A stretch of 64,000 bases of DNA from a virus. How positions within the stretch are numbered: position 1 is the stretch's first letter; every line of letters begins with the position of its first letter. Below are positions 1 to 9,317 of the stretch, one piece after another. The stretch is taken from the IMG/VR virus record IMGVR_UViG_3300045135_000745, positions 1-64,000 of that record. One strand, written 5' to 3'. The position numbers and the translations under genes were made by a program. A model generated the notes under the pieces. The model saw nothing but the letters and a program-made list of their open reading frames with translations, made no database searches and was not told the origin of the DNA.

Positions 1-3
1 ACA

Positions 4-32
4 ATTTTAACGTATAACCGTCGTCTTGTAAA
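4..32 (-). promoter_or_regulatory. sigma70/T4-early-like promoter (TTTACA-N17-TAAAAT) for a gene left of the window
   Basis: Reverse complement reads GTTTACA, 17 nt, TAAAAT; the same architecture recurs before several replication genes. Confidence 0.55.
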
Positions 33-116
33 CACATTTTTACATTATTACAAAAATATTTTACGTATGACCGACCATTCTCGTCGATCACTTCTACACG
101 GTTTACGTCGGGAAAG

Positions 117-1049
117 TTATATGTTTTGGTAGGCATATTCAAGCGCTCGGTCAGCTTCAAGGTTCAATGGACGATTCTCATACCAATTACCATGTTCAGC
201 ATCAAATTGTTTACATAGTTCAGCGATCTGTGTTGCGGTGATCGGATATTCTTTCTCAAGTGCACGTGCTGCGATGGCTACCATCATGGAATACATTTTT
301 GAATACCAACCAGTTTCTGTAATGGATACATATTCAGCGGCAAGTTTCTTAGGCCAGAATGGACAGTCATGATAACCAGACCAATAGATGTTGGTATTCT
401 GCATCATCGACTTACGGTGGTTAACGACTTGCTCTGCTAGCTCAGGAGGTAGTCGATCGAGAAACGTGTTACCACTCTTAGCCCTATCTACGTAGGGGTA
501 ACGGGCAAGAAGATTGTCAACGTCAATAGGATTGCCATCCCCACTGAATATAAAATTATCAGCCTCATCATATGTTGCAGGGATGTAATACATTCGGCTG
601 AGGTCTTTACATTGTTTATCTCCTGACTCGTCAAGGGAAGATTGGAGTGCGAACCAGAAGTGTTTGATTTCTGCCACTGGTATATGGCGATCAAGTTCGA
701 ATACGAGTCGGAACTTTTTCTTAGTAGGGCGACTGCTTGCAGTGCTGTAGCAAACAAAGCGCCAATCACCAACAAGTTTACGTACAAAATCATTTAGTTC
801 TCCATCAACCTCAATGTCATCAACATCAACAGCACACCAGCCTGCCCAAGCAGTAACGTTCTTGTTGGCCCGAGTAGTACCAGCTTCATATACAGCTGGT
901 GATATAAGTTCCGCATCTTTCTTACCTTTCTTTTGTTGCTGTGACAGACCGTAGAGCAACTTTTCCACCTCATCAAAGGTGGAAAAGTTCATGCGCTTGT
1001 CTGTTTTATTATCGAACTGGCTCTTAAAGAGCGTGAGAGATACTGCCAT
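117..1049 (-). CDS. AEP-superfamily primase/primase-polymerase-like protein
   Basis: hhhDhD motif (CAVDVDD), YSTASS..KFRLVF, and KDLSRMYYIP, resembling VirE-N/PrimPol AEP domains; start trimmed to MAVSL. Confidence 0.55.
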   Translation of the reverse strand: MAVSLTLFKSQFDNKTDKRMNFSTFDEVEKLLYGLSQQQKKGKKDAELISPAVYEAGTTRANKNVTAWAGWCAVDVDDIEVDGELNDFVRKLVGDWRFVCYSTASSRPTKKKFRLVFELDRHIPVAEIKHFWFALQSSLDESGDKQCKDLSRMYYIPATYDEADNFIFSGDGNPIDVDNLLARYPYVDRAKSGNTFLDRLPPELAEQVVNHRKSMMQNTNIYWSGYHDCPFWPKKLAAEYVSITETGWYSKMYSMMVAIAARALEKEYPITATQIAELCKQFDAEHGNWYENRPLNLEADRALEYAYQNI

Positions 1050-1437
1050 GGTTGCCCTCATGTGATGGTGCTGTCCAGCCCGAAGGCTTGATAAGATCCG
1101 GTAGTCCAAATGGGTTAGGACGACCAGGTTTTACCCCAGGTGACTTAGCCATATTTGCTTCATAAACTTTGTCCCATGCGGCGTTAGCATCTACACCAAA
1201 CACGTCCAAAGTACCAATAGCAAATACACATAGATCGATAAGACCATCTACGACTTCTTCTGCATCTTTATCAAAGAGTGCAGCGTCAATGGTTTCATTC
1301 ATTTCTTCCATACACATCTTGAGACGGAAGCGAAGATACTTAGACATAACCTCTTTATCATTTTTGTTCTTTTGGAACCATTCGTGTACACCAAACTTGT
1401 GATGCATCATATTAATATCGTGTGCCCAATCAGACAT
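1024..1437 (-). CDS. MazG-like all-alpha NTP pyrophosphohydrolase
   Basis: EEMNE...EVVDGLIDL acidic metal motif, VYEANMAK and DLIKPSGW..P C-terminus. Confidence 0.75.
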   Translation of the reverse strand: MSDWAHDINMMHHKFGVHEWFQKNKNDKEVMSKYLRFRLKMCMEEMNETIDAALFDKDAEEVVDGLIDLCVFAIGTLDVFGVDANAAWDKVYEANMAKSPGVKPGRPNPFGLPDLIKPSGWTAPSHEGNHGSISHAL

Positions 1438-1462
1438 AATTTACTCCATTGTTAATAATCAT

Positions 1463-1491
1463 ATTATACTTCATTCGAAGCCGTTTGTAAT
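1463..1491 (-). promoter_or_regulatory. sigma70-like promoter (ATTACA-N17-TATAAT) for the MazG-like/primase genes
   Basis: Motif lies directly upstream of the GGAG RBS and the ATG at 1437. Confidence 0.6.
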
Positions 1492-1496
1492 CCCTG

Positions 1497-3992
1497 TTAT
1501 CCAAAGATATCTTCCATGGTTACTTGTTCTTCAGAACTCCAACCGATAGCAGCAAGAATAGGTTCAAGTGGCTCTAAGAACGTTTTGTTGAACTGCTTAT
1601 CGTAATCCATATATTTGTGTAAGTTTAGCTCTGGTGGCAAGTAATCCGGAAAGGCGATTACATTCTCTTTAATAGGATTAGGCATCTTAAGATAGGCGAA
1701 CTTGATCTTTTCACCGTCCTTAATAAGTTCGTACTTATTAGCCAACTTCTTTTCTTTTACGTAATGGTTGTAGAGCAGCGATGCCCGCACGTGGATCGGG
1801 GTGCCTTTACCGTAGATCATACGTTGATCTGCCCACTTGCCAACATCACTAACGCCACGAGGGAATGCAGCGGTATGCGGATCTAGTCCACGGAACTCTT
1901 TCTTAAAGTCCTGAATGAACCGCTGCGTGCCTTGTTTGTCACCGGCGATCATAAGCTTGAATGCGTCTTTGAACTTACCACGTACAACTTCGGGGGTACT
2001 AGACTTAACAGCTTCAATGCCCATGATCTTCATCTTGGGTTCTGCGTACTGGACACCCTCAGAGTTGTGCACGTTTAGGATGTACCGCTTCTTCGCCTGC
2101 CAGATGCCACGGTCAGCAATAACCTCCCGCTCCATTACCATACGCTTCTGATAAGCACCCATGTGGTCGAATAGCTCGTCCATAGAATTCTCGAACATCT
2201 TATTAAAGTGATCGTCACACACTTCGGCCAGAAACTTGGTGGGATCTTTCGGCTGAAACTTATCGACCATAGCAGAGAAGTTAACATATACAGAGTCGGT
2301 ATCAATAGCAATCACATAGTCTTTATCAGTGCCAAGGATCTTATTCAGCTCACGGTTGACTACACGCTCGCACCATTTAATAACAAACTGACCGGTTAGG
2401 GTAATACCTTCGGCAATACGTAGGTCGAAGTAGCGGTAATACTGATTACCAAGAGCACCGAACAGTGAGTTCAGCATAATCTTAATAGCCATCTGCCGGT
2501 TCTCAAGCTGGTTAATCTCACGTTCTAGTGCTTTAGTCGGCGTCTTCTGGTACTCAGACTGCTTAGCAAGCATTTCCTTTTTAGCTACCTTACGCTCTGC
2601 ATAGTAGTCCACAATGATACGTGGCATAACACCTTCCACGTCTTTGCGGTAGGAAGAGCCGTTGGCTGCAACACTTACGTCCTTACGCGCTGAAGGGTTG
2701 TTAAGATAGTGGTCTACGCCGCTAGTTAGCTGATCACCAGGCTGCGTCATAAGAGTTTCGGGTGACATGTTCCACTGTGCAATAATGTTTGGATAAAGTG
2801 AGTTAAGGTCAAAGCTAACCACCCAGTTGTGCATACCAATCTGTGGCTCTTTCACGTACCCGCCCGCGAACTTAACATCGATGCGTTCACTCTTGGCTTT
2901 ATGTGGGATCGCAACCTTTTTAGAGTTTAGCTCACGATATACAATAGAATCCCAGATAGAAGTAGTACCGAACGCATCAGAGTAGTTCACCCCAGCTCTG
3001 TACGAGATAGTAAGACAGAGCGTAATAAGATCCATCTTTTCGTCGATACGATCCACCAACTCAACGTCCTTGATGTTATAGTCAATGTACAGCTGATGGT
3101 TTTCTTTGTAGAGATTCTGAAGGCTGCCGTACTCTTCATACGATAGCTTCTTTTCACCGAGTACAACATAGCCAATGTGATCCAGCTTATAGCTTTCCTG
3201 AGCACCATAGCTGTAGCCGAACTTCTGGAACAGATCGTAGTAGTCTAGCTGGGCGATACCTTTAATGTCGTACATATCCATGTTTTTATTCTTAAACTGA
3301 ACCGCACGATGTTCAACCAAACCCCAAGGCGACAGTGACTTAGCTGCTTTTTCATCACCCAGACGAGCAATGCGATTGGTGATGTACGGCATATCGAAGA
3401 AGCGTACGTTCCAGCCAGTAATAGCATCGGGATAGTCTTTCTTCCACCAGGTGATAAACTTGACAAGTAGTTCTACTTCAGATGCACACTTATGATATTG
3501 GACAATCAGATGTTTATGAGGGGATTTCTCATGGTCCCAGTCGCCGCATGCCCATACATGGTATACATTTGACTTACTGGACTTAGCAGTGATAGCCGTA
3601 ATCGGATGTGCAGCTTCGTCTGGGGTAGGGAAACCATCCTCGGAGTGAACCTCGATATCGAGATTGACCACGTTCACCATAGACCGGTTGAACTTAATCT
3701 CACCAGGAAACTTGGATGTAATAAACTGGTGAATGTAGTTGGTATTACCCCAGAACTTAAAGCCAATCACATCTTCATACTGTTTCATGAAGTCGCGGGC
3801 ATCACCCATGCTATCAAACTGTACAGGTCCAACAGGCGTACCCTCCATGGTCTTCCAGTCAGTAGGTTGATCGGTCTTTACATAAAGGGTAGGTTTAAAT
3901 TTATATTTCTGAGTAATGGCACTGCCATTGTCGGTGTATCCGCGGTAAAGGATTTGATTACCGTATCGGGTTACGTTAGTGTAAAAAGTCAT
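1497..3992 (-). CDS. gp43: family B DNA polymerase (T4 gp43 homolog)
   Basis: Exonuclease DIE motif, [38 protein letters not shown]; GGAGG RBS before MTFYTNV. Confidence 0.97.
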   Translation of the reverse strand: MTFYTNVTRYGNQILYRGYTDNGSAITQKYKFKPTLYVKTDQPTDWKTMEGTPVGPVQFDSMGDARDFMKQYEDVIGFKFWGNTNYIHQFITSKFPGEIKFNRSMVNVVNLDIEVHSEDGFPTPDEAAHPITAITAKSSKSNVYHVWACGDWDHEKSPHKHLIVQYHKCASEVELLVKFITWWKKDYPDAITGWNVRFFDMPYITNRIARLGDEKAAKSLSPWGLVEHRAVQFKNKNMDMYDIKGIAQLDYYDLFQKFGYSYGAQESYKLDHIGYVVLGEKKLSYEEYGSLQNLYKENHQLYIDYNIKDVELVDRIDEKMDLITLCLTISYRAGVNYSDAFGTTSIWDSIVYRELNSKKVAIPHKAKSERIDVKFAGGYVKEPQIGMHNWVVSFDLNSLYPNIIAQWNMSPETLMTQPGDQLTSGVDHYLNNPSARKDVSVAANGSSYRKDVEGVMPRIIVDYYAERKVAKKEMLAKQSEYQKTPTKALEREINQLENRQMAIKIMLNSLFGALGNQYYRYFDLRIAEGITLTGQFVIKWCERVVNRELNKILGTDKDYVIAIDTDSVYVNFSAMVDKFQPKDPTKFLAEVCDDHFNKMFENSMDELFDHMGAYQKRMVMEREVIADRGIWQAKKRYILNVHNSEGVQYAEPKMKIMGIEAVKSSTPEVVRGKFKDAFKLMIAGDKQGTQRFIQDFKKEFRGLDPHTAAFPRGVSDVGKWADQRMIYGKGTPIHVRASLLYNHYVKEKKLANKYELIKDGEKIKFAYLKMPNPIKENVIAFPDYLPPELNLHKYMDYDKQFNKTFLEPLEPILAAIGWSSEEQVTMEDIFG

Positions 3993-4013
3993 AGCGCCTC
4001 CATAATTAAGTAT

Positions 4014-4042
4014 ATTATACCATACGTAGAAGCTACTGTATA
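4014..4042 (-). promoter_or_regulatory. sigma70-like promoter for gp43 (TATACA-N17-TATAAT, extended TG)
   Basis: Position and spacing match the other early-type promoters. Confidence 0.55.
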
Positions 4043-4668
4043 CCCCCATCATAAGAACCGAATGCCCAATATCTTTCTTTACACCACCAACATTCTCTAC
4101 ACGGCTTTTTTGTGCTAATAATGCAGCTATTAGTAATATCAGACAATTGTTTTAATCCTAATTTATTGTACTGGGCCGCTATAAACTTTTTATCCACACT
4201 CTTCCATGGCACTAATATATCGTCCCAAGTAATATTAGATAGCGCTTCACCCGCCATGGATCCAACATGATCAATTGGCCTAGGATCTTTATCCATGCCT
4301 TGACTAGTACCAAATATTATATGATGTACATCATGTCTTTGTTCGAAGTATTTTCTTGCAGGCTTTAAATAATAATATTTAGTTTGATCCCCTTGCTGCA
4401 TGGGGTAAATGAAGGGATTATGTATGATAGCATCCGGACTTGCAGATCGAACCCAGTCAACCACATTTTGAACAGCTGTAATGGAATCAAGCTCGGGTTG
4501 AGTTACTTCATATCCATGTAGCGGAAATATCTCTACATCCAATTTTGACATTAGATATAATATAAGGGCAGAGTCTGCTCCACCAGAAAGATAGAGTAGA
4601 ACTTTTCGAATATCTTTTGGAAATTTATCAAAAAAGTCTACTGTCGTTTCATTGTGTTCTAAAATCAT
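4033..4668 (-). CDS. QueC-like PP-loop ATPase (7-cyano-7-deazaguanine synthase-like fold)
   Basis: LSGGADS PP-loop and C-terminal [13 protein letters not shown] Zn motif. Confidence 0.65.
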   Translation of the reverse strand: MILEHNETTVDFFDKFPKDIRKVLLYLSGGADSALILYLMSKLDVEIFPLHGYEVTQPELDSITAVQNVVDWVRSASPDAIIHNPFIYPMQQGDQTKYYYLKPARKYFEQRHDVHHIIFGTSQGMDKDPRPIDHVGSMAGEALSNITWDDILVPWKSVDKKFIAAQYNKLGLKQLSDITNSCIISTKKPCRECWWCKERYWAFGSYDGGIQ

Positions 4669-5336
4669 TTTAATATATTAGCTACAATGTGTATACGATG
4701 TTCTCTTGAAGCATTAACTGCTGTATGATAATGTGTGGTGTCTACCATATAGCTAACCCCCCGTTGTAGGTGTCTCATTTCATCATTTACTATCATAAAG
4801 CAGCCTTTTTGGGTTTTAATCGGATAGTGTAGTCTTGGTTGTGCATCCAAATGCCACGAGAGACAGTGGGATCTGGGCTGTATCATTACTCGTAGTCTTC
4901 CAATCTTATATCGGGACTGTAGTTCTGTTGCAATATCCATGAAGACTGTACCCCGAAAAATATCAGAATATGAAGTAAACGACTCTTCAGCTATAGGCTT
5001 ATCATAGAAATGTGGGATCCATTTTTTAAATCCATCTGGCATAACTTGCTCTTTAGTTCGGGAAAGATCCGCAACTAAACTGCCATACGAATAATACGGA
5101 TCAGCCTCGTGACCTGGCACATTCGTGATATGGAGTTGATCTTTTTTGGGGTTATTAATATCAACAATTTTTTTTAGAGAATTTAGAATATCATCGGGAT
5201 CATATCTCGATAAGTCGTCTGTGATGGTGTACAGCTTAGAATCGGGGTCACCTGACATATGTTCGATAAAGCCAGACATATTTTCATCTACTACGTTTTT
5301 CTGTAACCATCCAGCTTTTTCATTATTTTCTTTCAT
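4665..5336 (-). CDS. 2OG-Fe(II) oxygenase, aspartyl/asparaginyl beta-hydroxylase-like domain
   Basis: GRLRVM..LSWHLD..RLHYPI..DTTHYHTAVNAS..RIHIV (HxD...H...R). Confidence 0.7.
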   Translation of the reverse strand: MKENNEKAGWLQKNVVDENMSGFIEHMSGDPDSKLYTITDDLSRYDPDDILNSLKKIVDINNPKKDQLHITNVPGHEADPYYSYGSLVADLSRTKEQVMPDGFKKWIPHFYDKPIAEESFTSYSDIFRGTVFMDIATELQSRYKIGRLRVMIQPRSHCLSWHLDAQPRLHYPIKTQKGCFMIVNDEMRHLQRGVSYMVDTTHYHTAVNASREHRIHIVANILK

Positions 5337-5544
5337 TATGATACTTTCTCATTACGTTACGGTTTTCTACAAGTTCCATTAAATGGCCTTGGGCCTCAAT
5401 AGCTGTTAAAAATTCATATCCATCTTCAACATGGTTAATAATGTTCCAGAACATTTCTTTATCAAGATTACGATCCATAGTATAGTCAGCTACTGCCGCC
5501 ATAATATAATCGAATTCGCTTAAGTTTAAGTTATCGTCAGACAT
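5323..5544 (-). CDS. hypothetical protein
   Basis: Small ORF overlapping the next gene, downstream of a late promoter. Confidence 0.55.
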   Translation of the reverse strand: MSDDNLNLSEFDYIMAAVADYTMDRNLDKEMFWNIINHVEDGYEFLTAIEAQGHLMELVENRNVMRKYHNERK

Positions 5545-5578
5545 ACAAAAAACCCCCATGCTTGGTATGGCACAGGGG

Positions 5579-5586
5579 TATTTATA
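5579..5586 (-). promoter_or_regulatory. T4-type late promoter TATAAATA
   Basis: Exact gp55 consensus in an intergenic gap. Confidence 0.65.
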
Positions 5587-5587
5587 A

Positions 5588-5821
5588 TTAGTCTTTTGTA
5601 GAAACGAAAGAATACATCTCTTTGGCTTTTGTCATCAACTCTTCAGTTGAATACATCTTATAAGCATCTTTGAGTTGTTCTTCAACGTCTTCACGGACTT
5701 TCTTGCCTTCGACCACCATGTTCTCATAGAACTGGATATTCATATGGTACTGCTGGTCCATGTAATCCTTTGCAAGCTGTAGCATATCTGCACGGATTTC
5801 AAATGGGTTCTTATTTGCCAT
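5588..5821 (-). CDS. conserved hypothetical protein of T4-like phages (NPFEIR..MLQLAKDY)
   Basis: Helical small ORF with RBS; motif familiar from T4-like phage genomes. Confidence 0.65.
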   Translation of the reverse strand: MANKNPFEIRADMLQLAKDYMDQQYHMNIQFYENMVVEGKKVREDVEEQLKDAYKMYSTEELMTKAKEMYSFVSTKD

Positions 5822-6014
5822 CGGTTTCACCTTTCATAACAAGTGCAAGTTTCTCAACTGCCTCATCCATAGTATTAAGTTGATCTTTATAAAAATTCAT
5901 AGTGTAGGCATTGAGTGCTTTAGAATAAGTTTTCCAGCCCACTACTTTAAGACCGACGAATTCATCATAGAATGTTTTATTGTGGTCCATTAGTTGTTTG
6001 TAGTTTAAAATCAT
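5811..6014 (-). CDS. hypothetical protein
   Basis: AGGAG RBS; overlaps the downstream ORF. Confidence 0.6.
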   Translation of the reverse strand: MILNYKQLMDHNKTFYDEFVGLKVVGWKTYSKALNAYTMNFYKDQLNTMDEAVEKLALVMKGETDGK

Positions 6015-6043
6015 TTTAGTTCTCCTGTGTGTGATGTTGTAAA

Positions 6044-6061
6044 GTAGGCCCGAAGGCCTAC
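6044..6061 (-). terminator. GTAGGCC-TTCG-GGCCTAC hairpin (cUUCGg tetraloop); weak terminator or RNA-stabilising stem
   Basis: Perfect 7-bp stem with a T4-type UUCG loop followed by TTT. Confidence 0.6.
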
Positions 6062-6066
6062 CGTTG

Positions 6067-6243
6067 TTATTTTGCCTTTAAAGCATCTCTTAGCTTTGCG
6101 CAGCGCGCTGCTTCTTCAAGGTAACCAAGTCGCTGAAGTTCTCCGGCTGCTCTGGCATATCCGATAATTTCAAAAGTTCTGAACAGAGACTTCCGAAGAT
6201 TACCGAATGGATTCACAACATAATTCATTGCTAATGCAGTCAT
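6067..6243 (-). CDS. small hypothetical protein
   Basis: ORF starts immediately after the DUF1127 stop codon. Confidence 0.55.
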   Translation of the reverse strand: MTALAMNYVVNPFGNLRKSLFRTFEIIGYARAAGELQRLGYLEEAARCAKLRDALKAK

Positions 6244-6244
6244 A

Positions 6245-6478
6245 TTACACCCAACCTTTAAGATTTCGGTTGACGTTGTTATGAACAACATCATGGATTT
6301 CACCTCTGGTGAGACCTATATCGTTTAGCTCGCGGTCAGTAAGAGCACGAAGCTCTTTTATAGCTTGGACCGCTTCACGGTGTTGTTGATACTTAGTTCT
6401 TAAATCCACCAGAGTATTTAGAATTCCTCTCACTGGATTCTGTAAGTAGTTCTGGATTGTTAGTATGTGATGTGTCAT
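6245..6478 (-). CDS. DUF1127 (YjiS-like) small protein
   Basis: ELRALTDRELNDIGLTRGEI signature; GAGGT RBS. Confidence 0.85.
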   Translation of the reverse strand: MTHHILTIQNYLQNPVRGILNTLVDLRTKYQQHREAVQAIKELRALTDRELNDIGLTRGEIHDVVHNNVNRNLKGWV

Positions 6479-6908
6479 TATCGACCTCGTTGTTTCCAAT
6501 TGAAATTTTACGAGGACGCTGATCTTCTGGGATTACATACTTCAACTGAATTGCTAGAATGCCATCCTGAATATCTGCTCCGTGCACCTGCACGTGTTCA
6601 GACAATCGAAAGGTGCGTTTGAATTTCTTAGTGGAAATACCACGGTGAATATACTCGCGACCCTTTGATACATGATCACCTGTTACGGTAAGAGTTCTAT
6701 CATGTAGCTCAATATCAATACCATCTTTACTGAAACCAGCAACAGCAAGTTCAATCAGATAATCTGATTCGCCATTCTTCAGAATATTGTGAGGAGGATA
6801 GTTATCGTATGCATGTTTTGTAACGTGATCAAGTTCTTTAAAAAGATGATCAAATCCTACAAAGGCTGCAGGTGGAAATGCGGTTGTGTTGATTCGTCTG
6901 CTTGTCAT
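6393..6908 (-). CDS. hsp20: small heat-shock protein Hsp20 (IbpA-like)
   Basis: GFDHLF, YPPHNI, IELAVAGF, YIHRGIS..FKRTFRL, DGIL. Confidence 0.93.
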   Translation of the reverse strand: MTSRRINTTAFPPAAFVGFDHLFKELDHVTKHAYDNYPPHNILKNGESDYLIELAVAGFSKDGIDIELHDRTLTVTGDHVSKGREYIHRGISTKKFKRTFRLSEHVQVHGADIQDGILAIQLKYVIPEDQRPRKISIGNNEVDNDTSHTNNPELLTESSERNSKYSGGFKN

Positions 6909-6964
6909 TTCATTCTCCTTTTCAAGCAAGAATATTTCGAGCCAGGTTATCCTGCGCTCAATCG

Positions 6965-6972
6965 TATTTATA
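6965..6972 (-). promoter_or_regulatory. T4-type late promoter TATAAATA upstream of hsp20
   Basis: Exact consensus, intergenic. Confidence 0.65.
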
Positions 6973-7002
6973 AAAAGTTACTCGTTACGTACTGTAATAA
7001 AT

Positions 7003-7413
7003 TTATTTATTGCCGATGTTATATTTCGGACACAGTTCCCATTCATTTTTTTCTTTAAATGGAATAATCTTAATTTGGCGTAATGGAGCACAGTCTAATC
7101 CTCCGCCAGCGGCTAACTTAATCAAGCCCCAGTCAGAAAGCAATGTAGCAATCGTATTTCGGCGCTGTACATCGTTGAGCTCTAGATTAGATTTCTTACC
7201 ATCAAGGAGGAATAGTTCCTTGAAGTGTACGATAAAATATCTGCCTTGTTTGTGCAGGATGTGACAAGACTGGAATAGCTTCTTGTCTTTACGAGATGCC
7301 ACACCGATGCGTGTTAATGTCTCGCGAACCTTTAGAAAGTCATCTGGCTCATCCAGAATGATTTCTAACATATCTTGTGGTGTCCAATGGACGTTATTAT
7401 TTTTTTCTACCAC
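7003..7413 (-). CDS. regA: translational repressor RegA
   Basis: PDDFLKVRETLTRIGVAS..LFQSCHILHKQGRYFIVHFKELF; probable GTG start. Confidence 0.95.
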   Translation of the reverse strand: MVEKNNNVHWTPQDMLEIILDEPDDFLKVRETLTRIGVASRKDKKLFQSCHILHKQGRYFIVHFKELFLLDGKKSNLELNDVQRRNTIATLLSDWGLIKLAAGGGLDCAPLRQIKIIPFKEKNEWELCPKYNIGNK

Positions 7414-7468
7414 GTCAATCACCTTTTATTAATTATGAGGAATTTCGAATAAATTCTCTAAGCTTTTC

Positions 7469-7476
7469 TATTTATA
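7469..7476 (-). promoter_or_regulatory. T4-type late promoter TATAAATA upstream of regA
   Basis: Exact consensus, intergenic. Confidence 0.55.
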
Positions 7477-7480
7477 AAAT

Positions 7481-7954
7481 TTATTTTTTATAAGCTGCTA
7501 GAAACTTATCCTCATAAACCATTTCAAATCCATCAATAGGTTTAAAACCTTGTTTACCGGACTCGATATAATAACCACCTTCAACTATATTTCTTATAGC
7601 ATGATTTTTTGCATGGGTTTTGGATTTGGGTGCAATATCATAATCGCTAAGATCATTAAGTGCTAGTGCAATATTCATATCACTATTTAAGTCGCGAACA
7701 TCCATTTCAAATACGTTTGGATGATTTCCCACCAGATTATACTCAATGCCCACAATAAATCTATCATCGAATAGGCCTCGTAAAAAATCTATGGTTTTAC
7801 CGTCATAAGATCCGTATTCTAAAATTACCCCAGAAGGTAACAAAATATTAGATAAAATTTTAGATAATTGGTCTATATAATATTCGTGCCATATATTAGT
7901 ATATTCTTTACCACGATCGACCCAATACGTAGGATCAGTTTCAATTACCTCCAC
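7481..7954 (-). CDS. putative class I SAM-dependent methyltransferase-like protein
   Basis: ILEYGSYDG motif I-like, IVGIE, MDV, EGGYYI; AT-rich. Confidence 0.45.
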   Translation of the reverse strand: MEVIETDPTYWVDRGKEYTNIWHEYYIDQLSKILSNILLPSGVILEYGSYDGKTIDFLRGLFDDRFIVGIEYNLVGNHPNVFEMDVRDLNSDMNIALALNDLSDYDIAPKSKTHAKNHAIRNIVEGGYYIESGKQGFKPIDGFEMVYEDKFLAAYKK

Positions 7955-8327
7955 GTCTTCCGCCTTTACTTATTTTTTGTTTTAAGATTTTCATTTGTTC
8001 GGTAGAAAGAAGTGTTAACACCTGTCTAGCTTTTTCATTGCTATAACCATAATATTCTTTTACTACTTCAACATCAGATACTACATCAGCTTTATCCCAT
8101 TTAGAAAAGCGTTTTCGTTTTCTAATGATATTGAGTAGAAAATGAAATTGTAGCTTTTTGTCGACGTGGTGATGCTTGTTCATCTCATTGGCTGCCAGTA
8201 CGGAATCATTAAAGTATGACAGCGACCGGTTAATAGTGTAAGGGACATAGCCTTTCTCAGCCAAGTCATCGATCATAATATCTTTTTTGCTAGTGTTAAT
8301 AGCATTCACATATTCAAAAGGATTCAT
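7941..8327 (-). CDS. gp62: clamp loader small subunit
   Basis: YVPYTINRSLS..ANEMN..RKRKRFSKW..EYYGYSNEKA. Confidence 0.92.
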   Translation of the reverse strand: MNPFEYVNAINTSKKDIMIDDLAEKGYVPYTINRSLSYFNDSVLAANEMNKHHHVDKKLQFHFLLNIIRKRKRFSKWDKADVVSDVEVVKEYYGYSNEKARQVLTLLSTEQMKILKQKISKGGRRGGN

Positions 8328-8596
8328 TCTATTCCACTATCAATAGAAGGCCACATAATACGCTCAATACGATCTTCGATAACAGACTTTGTAAGAGCAG
8401 AGGAGTCGCCTCGTTGGATGTTCGTAGTGCCGAAGTACAACTGCGGTACGGTGGTGTAACCACGTGACTCGAAGTACTCTCTGGCTTTATCATTGTATTG
8501 TATATTAATTTCCTGATAAGAGAAACCCCATTTTTCCAGGTTTTTCTTAAGATTTTTACAATAAAAGCATTTATCTTTCGTGTAAATTGTTAGCAT
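8324..8596 (-). CDS. glutaredoxin (NrdH/NrdC-like)
   Basis: IYTK..CFYC active site and TVPQ cis-Pro motif. Confidence 0.85.
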   Translation of the reverse strand: MLTIYTKDKCFYCKNLKKNLEKWGFSYQEINIQYNDKAREYFESRGYTTVPQLYFGTTNIQRGDSSALTKSVIEDRIERIMWPSIDSGIE

Positions 8597-8604
8597 AATA
8601 CCTC

Positions 8605-9219
8605 CTAAAAAGCTGTCACAGCCTGAATTACAGTTTGCATCCGCATAACATCCATTGCAATATCGTGACGCGGATCGTGAACAACAAAGTGTTCATCAAG
8701 GCCTTCGGGAATAAAATTATTCTTAAGACCAGAATCAAAACTAAGACCCTCGATAAAACTAATAGTATCACGAACAAGCCACCAGTCATATGGGTCAGGA
8801 TTACCGGTAGCCTTCATCAGTGAAGACATAAACACTGGATCAAATGTATTTCGACGTGTAAAAACCTTTTCAAGGTTCGTAGGTCTATTTACAATCATCC
8901 AAGAATTCAAATCAGCAATAGAAACATCCTCTTTAGGATTTGGCTTCAAGGCTTTTTGAGCTTCAGCGTTTTGTTCTGACCACCATTGTAGTGTGCTCTT
9001 ACAGATCTTACGGCGATATGTTTTCACCTGATCAGCAACATCAAACTTAAGATATTTAGTATTACTAAGCAATTCATCATATGTATATGGCATATGTGTA
9101 AATCGTTTTTCACTATAGTTCAAGGTGGCAATTGAAACGACGACCCCATCAACTGGGTCTTGTGACATAGTTTCAAAGTCATAAATTAGACAGTTATCTA
9201 GTCCAGAATAAGCAGTCAT
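8605..9219 (-). CDS. dexA: DEDDh 3'-5' exonuclease, T4 DexA-like
   Basis: IYDFETM, TLQWW..Q, R.TFD, VRD, HDPRHDIAMD. Confidence 0.85.
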   Translation of the reverse strand: MTAYSGLDNCLIYDFETMSQDPVDGVVVSIATLNYSEKRFTHMPYTYDELLSNTKYLKFDVADQVKTYRRKICKSTLQWWSEQNAEAQKALKPNPKEDVSIADLNSWMIVNRPTNLEKVFTRRNTFDPVFMSSLMKATGNPDPYDWWLVRDTISFIEGLSFDSGLKNNFIPEGLDEHFVVHDPRHDIAMDVMRMQTVIQAVTAF

Positions 9220-9317
9220 TGTAATACTCCTACGATTGCGCTGTGCAGTAATCTGAACAGCTGTGCATCATTATAAATTAATAGCCAGAGTAGTACTAGT
9301 CCAATAACTGTTTTCAT
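9216..9317 (-). CDS. 33-aa hydrophobic peptide (MKTVIGLVLLWLLIYNDAQLFRLLHSAIVGVLQ), not in the ORF track
   Basis: Fills the gp44-dexA gap exactly, with ATGA overlaps at both ends. Confidence 0.65.
   Translation of the reverse strand: MKTVIGLVLLWLLIYNDAQLFRLLHSAIVGVLQ

Noticed and set aside
4033-4668. Complete 7-deazaguanine DNA modification pathway
   Set aside because: Only a QueC-like fold is present; no folE, queD, queE or dpdA was recognised in the window
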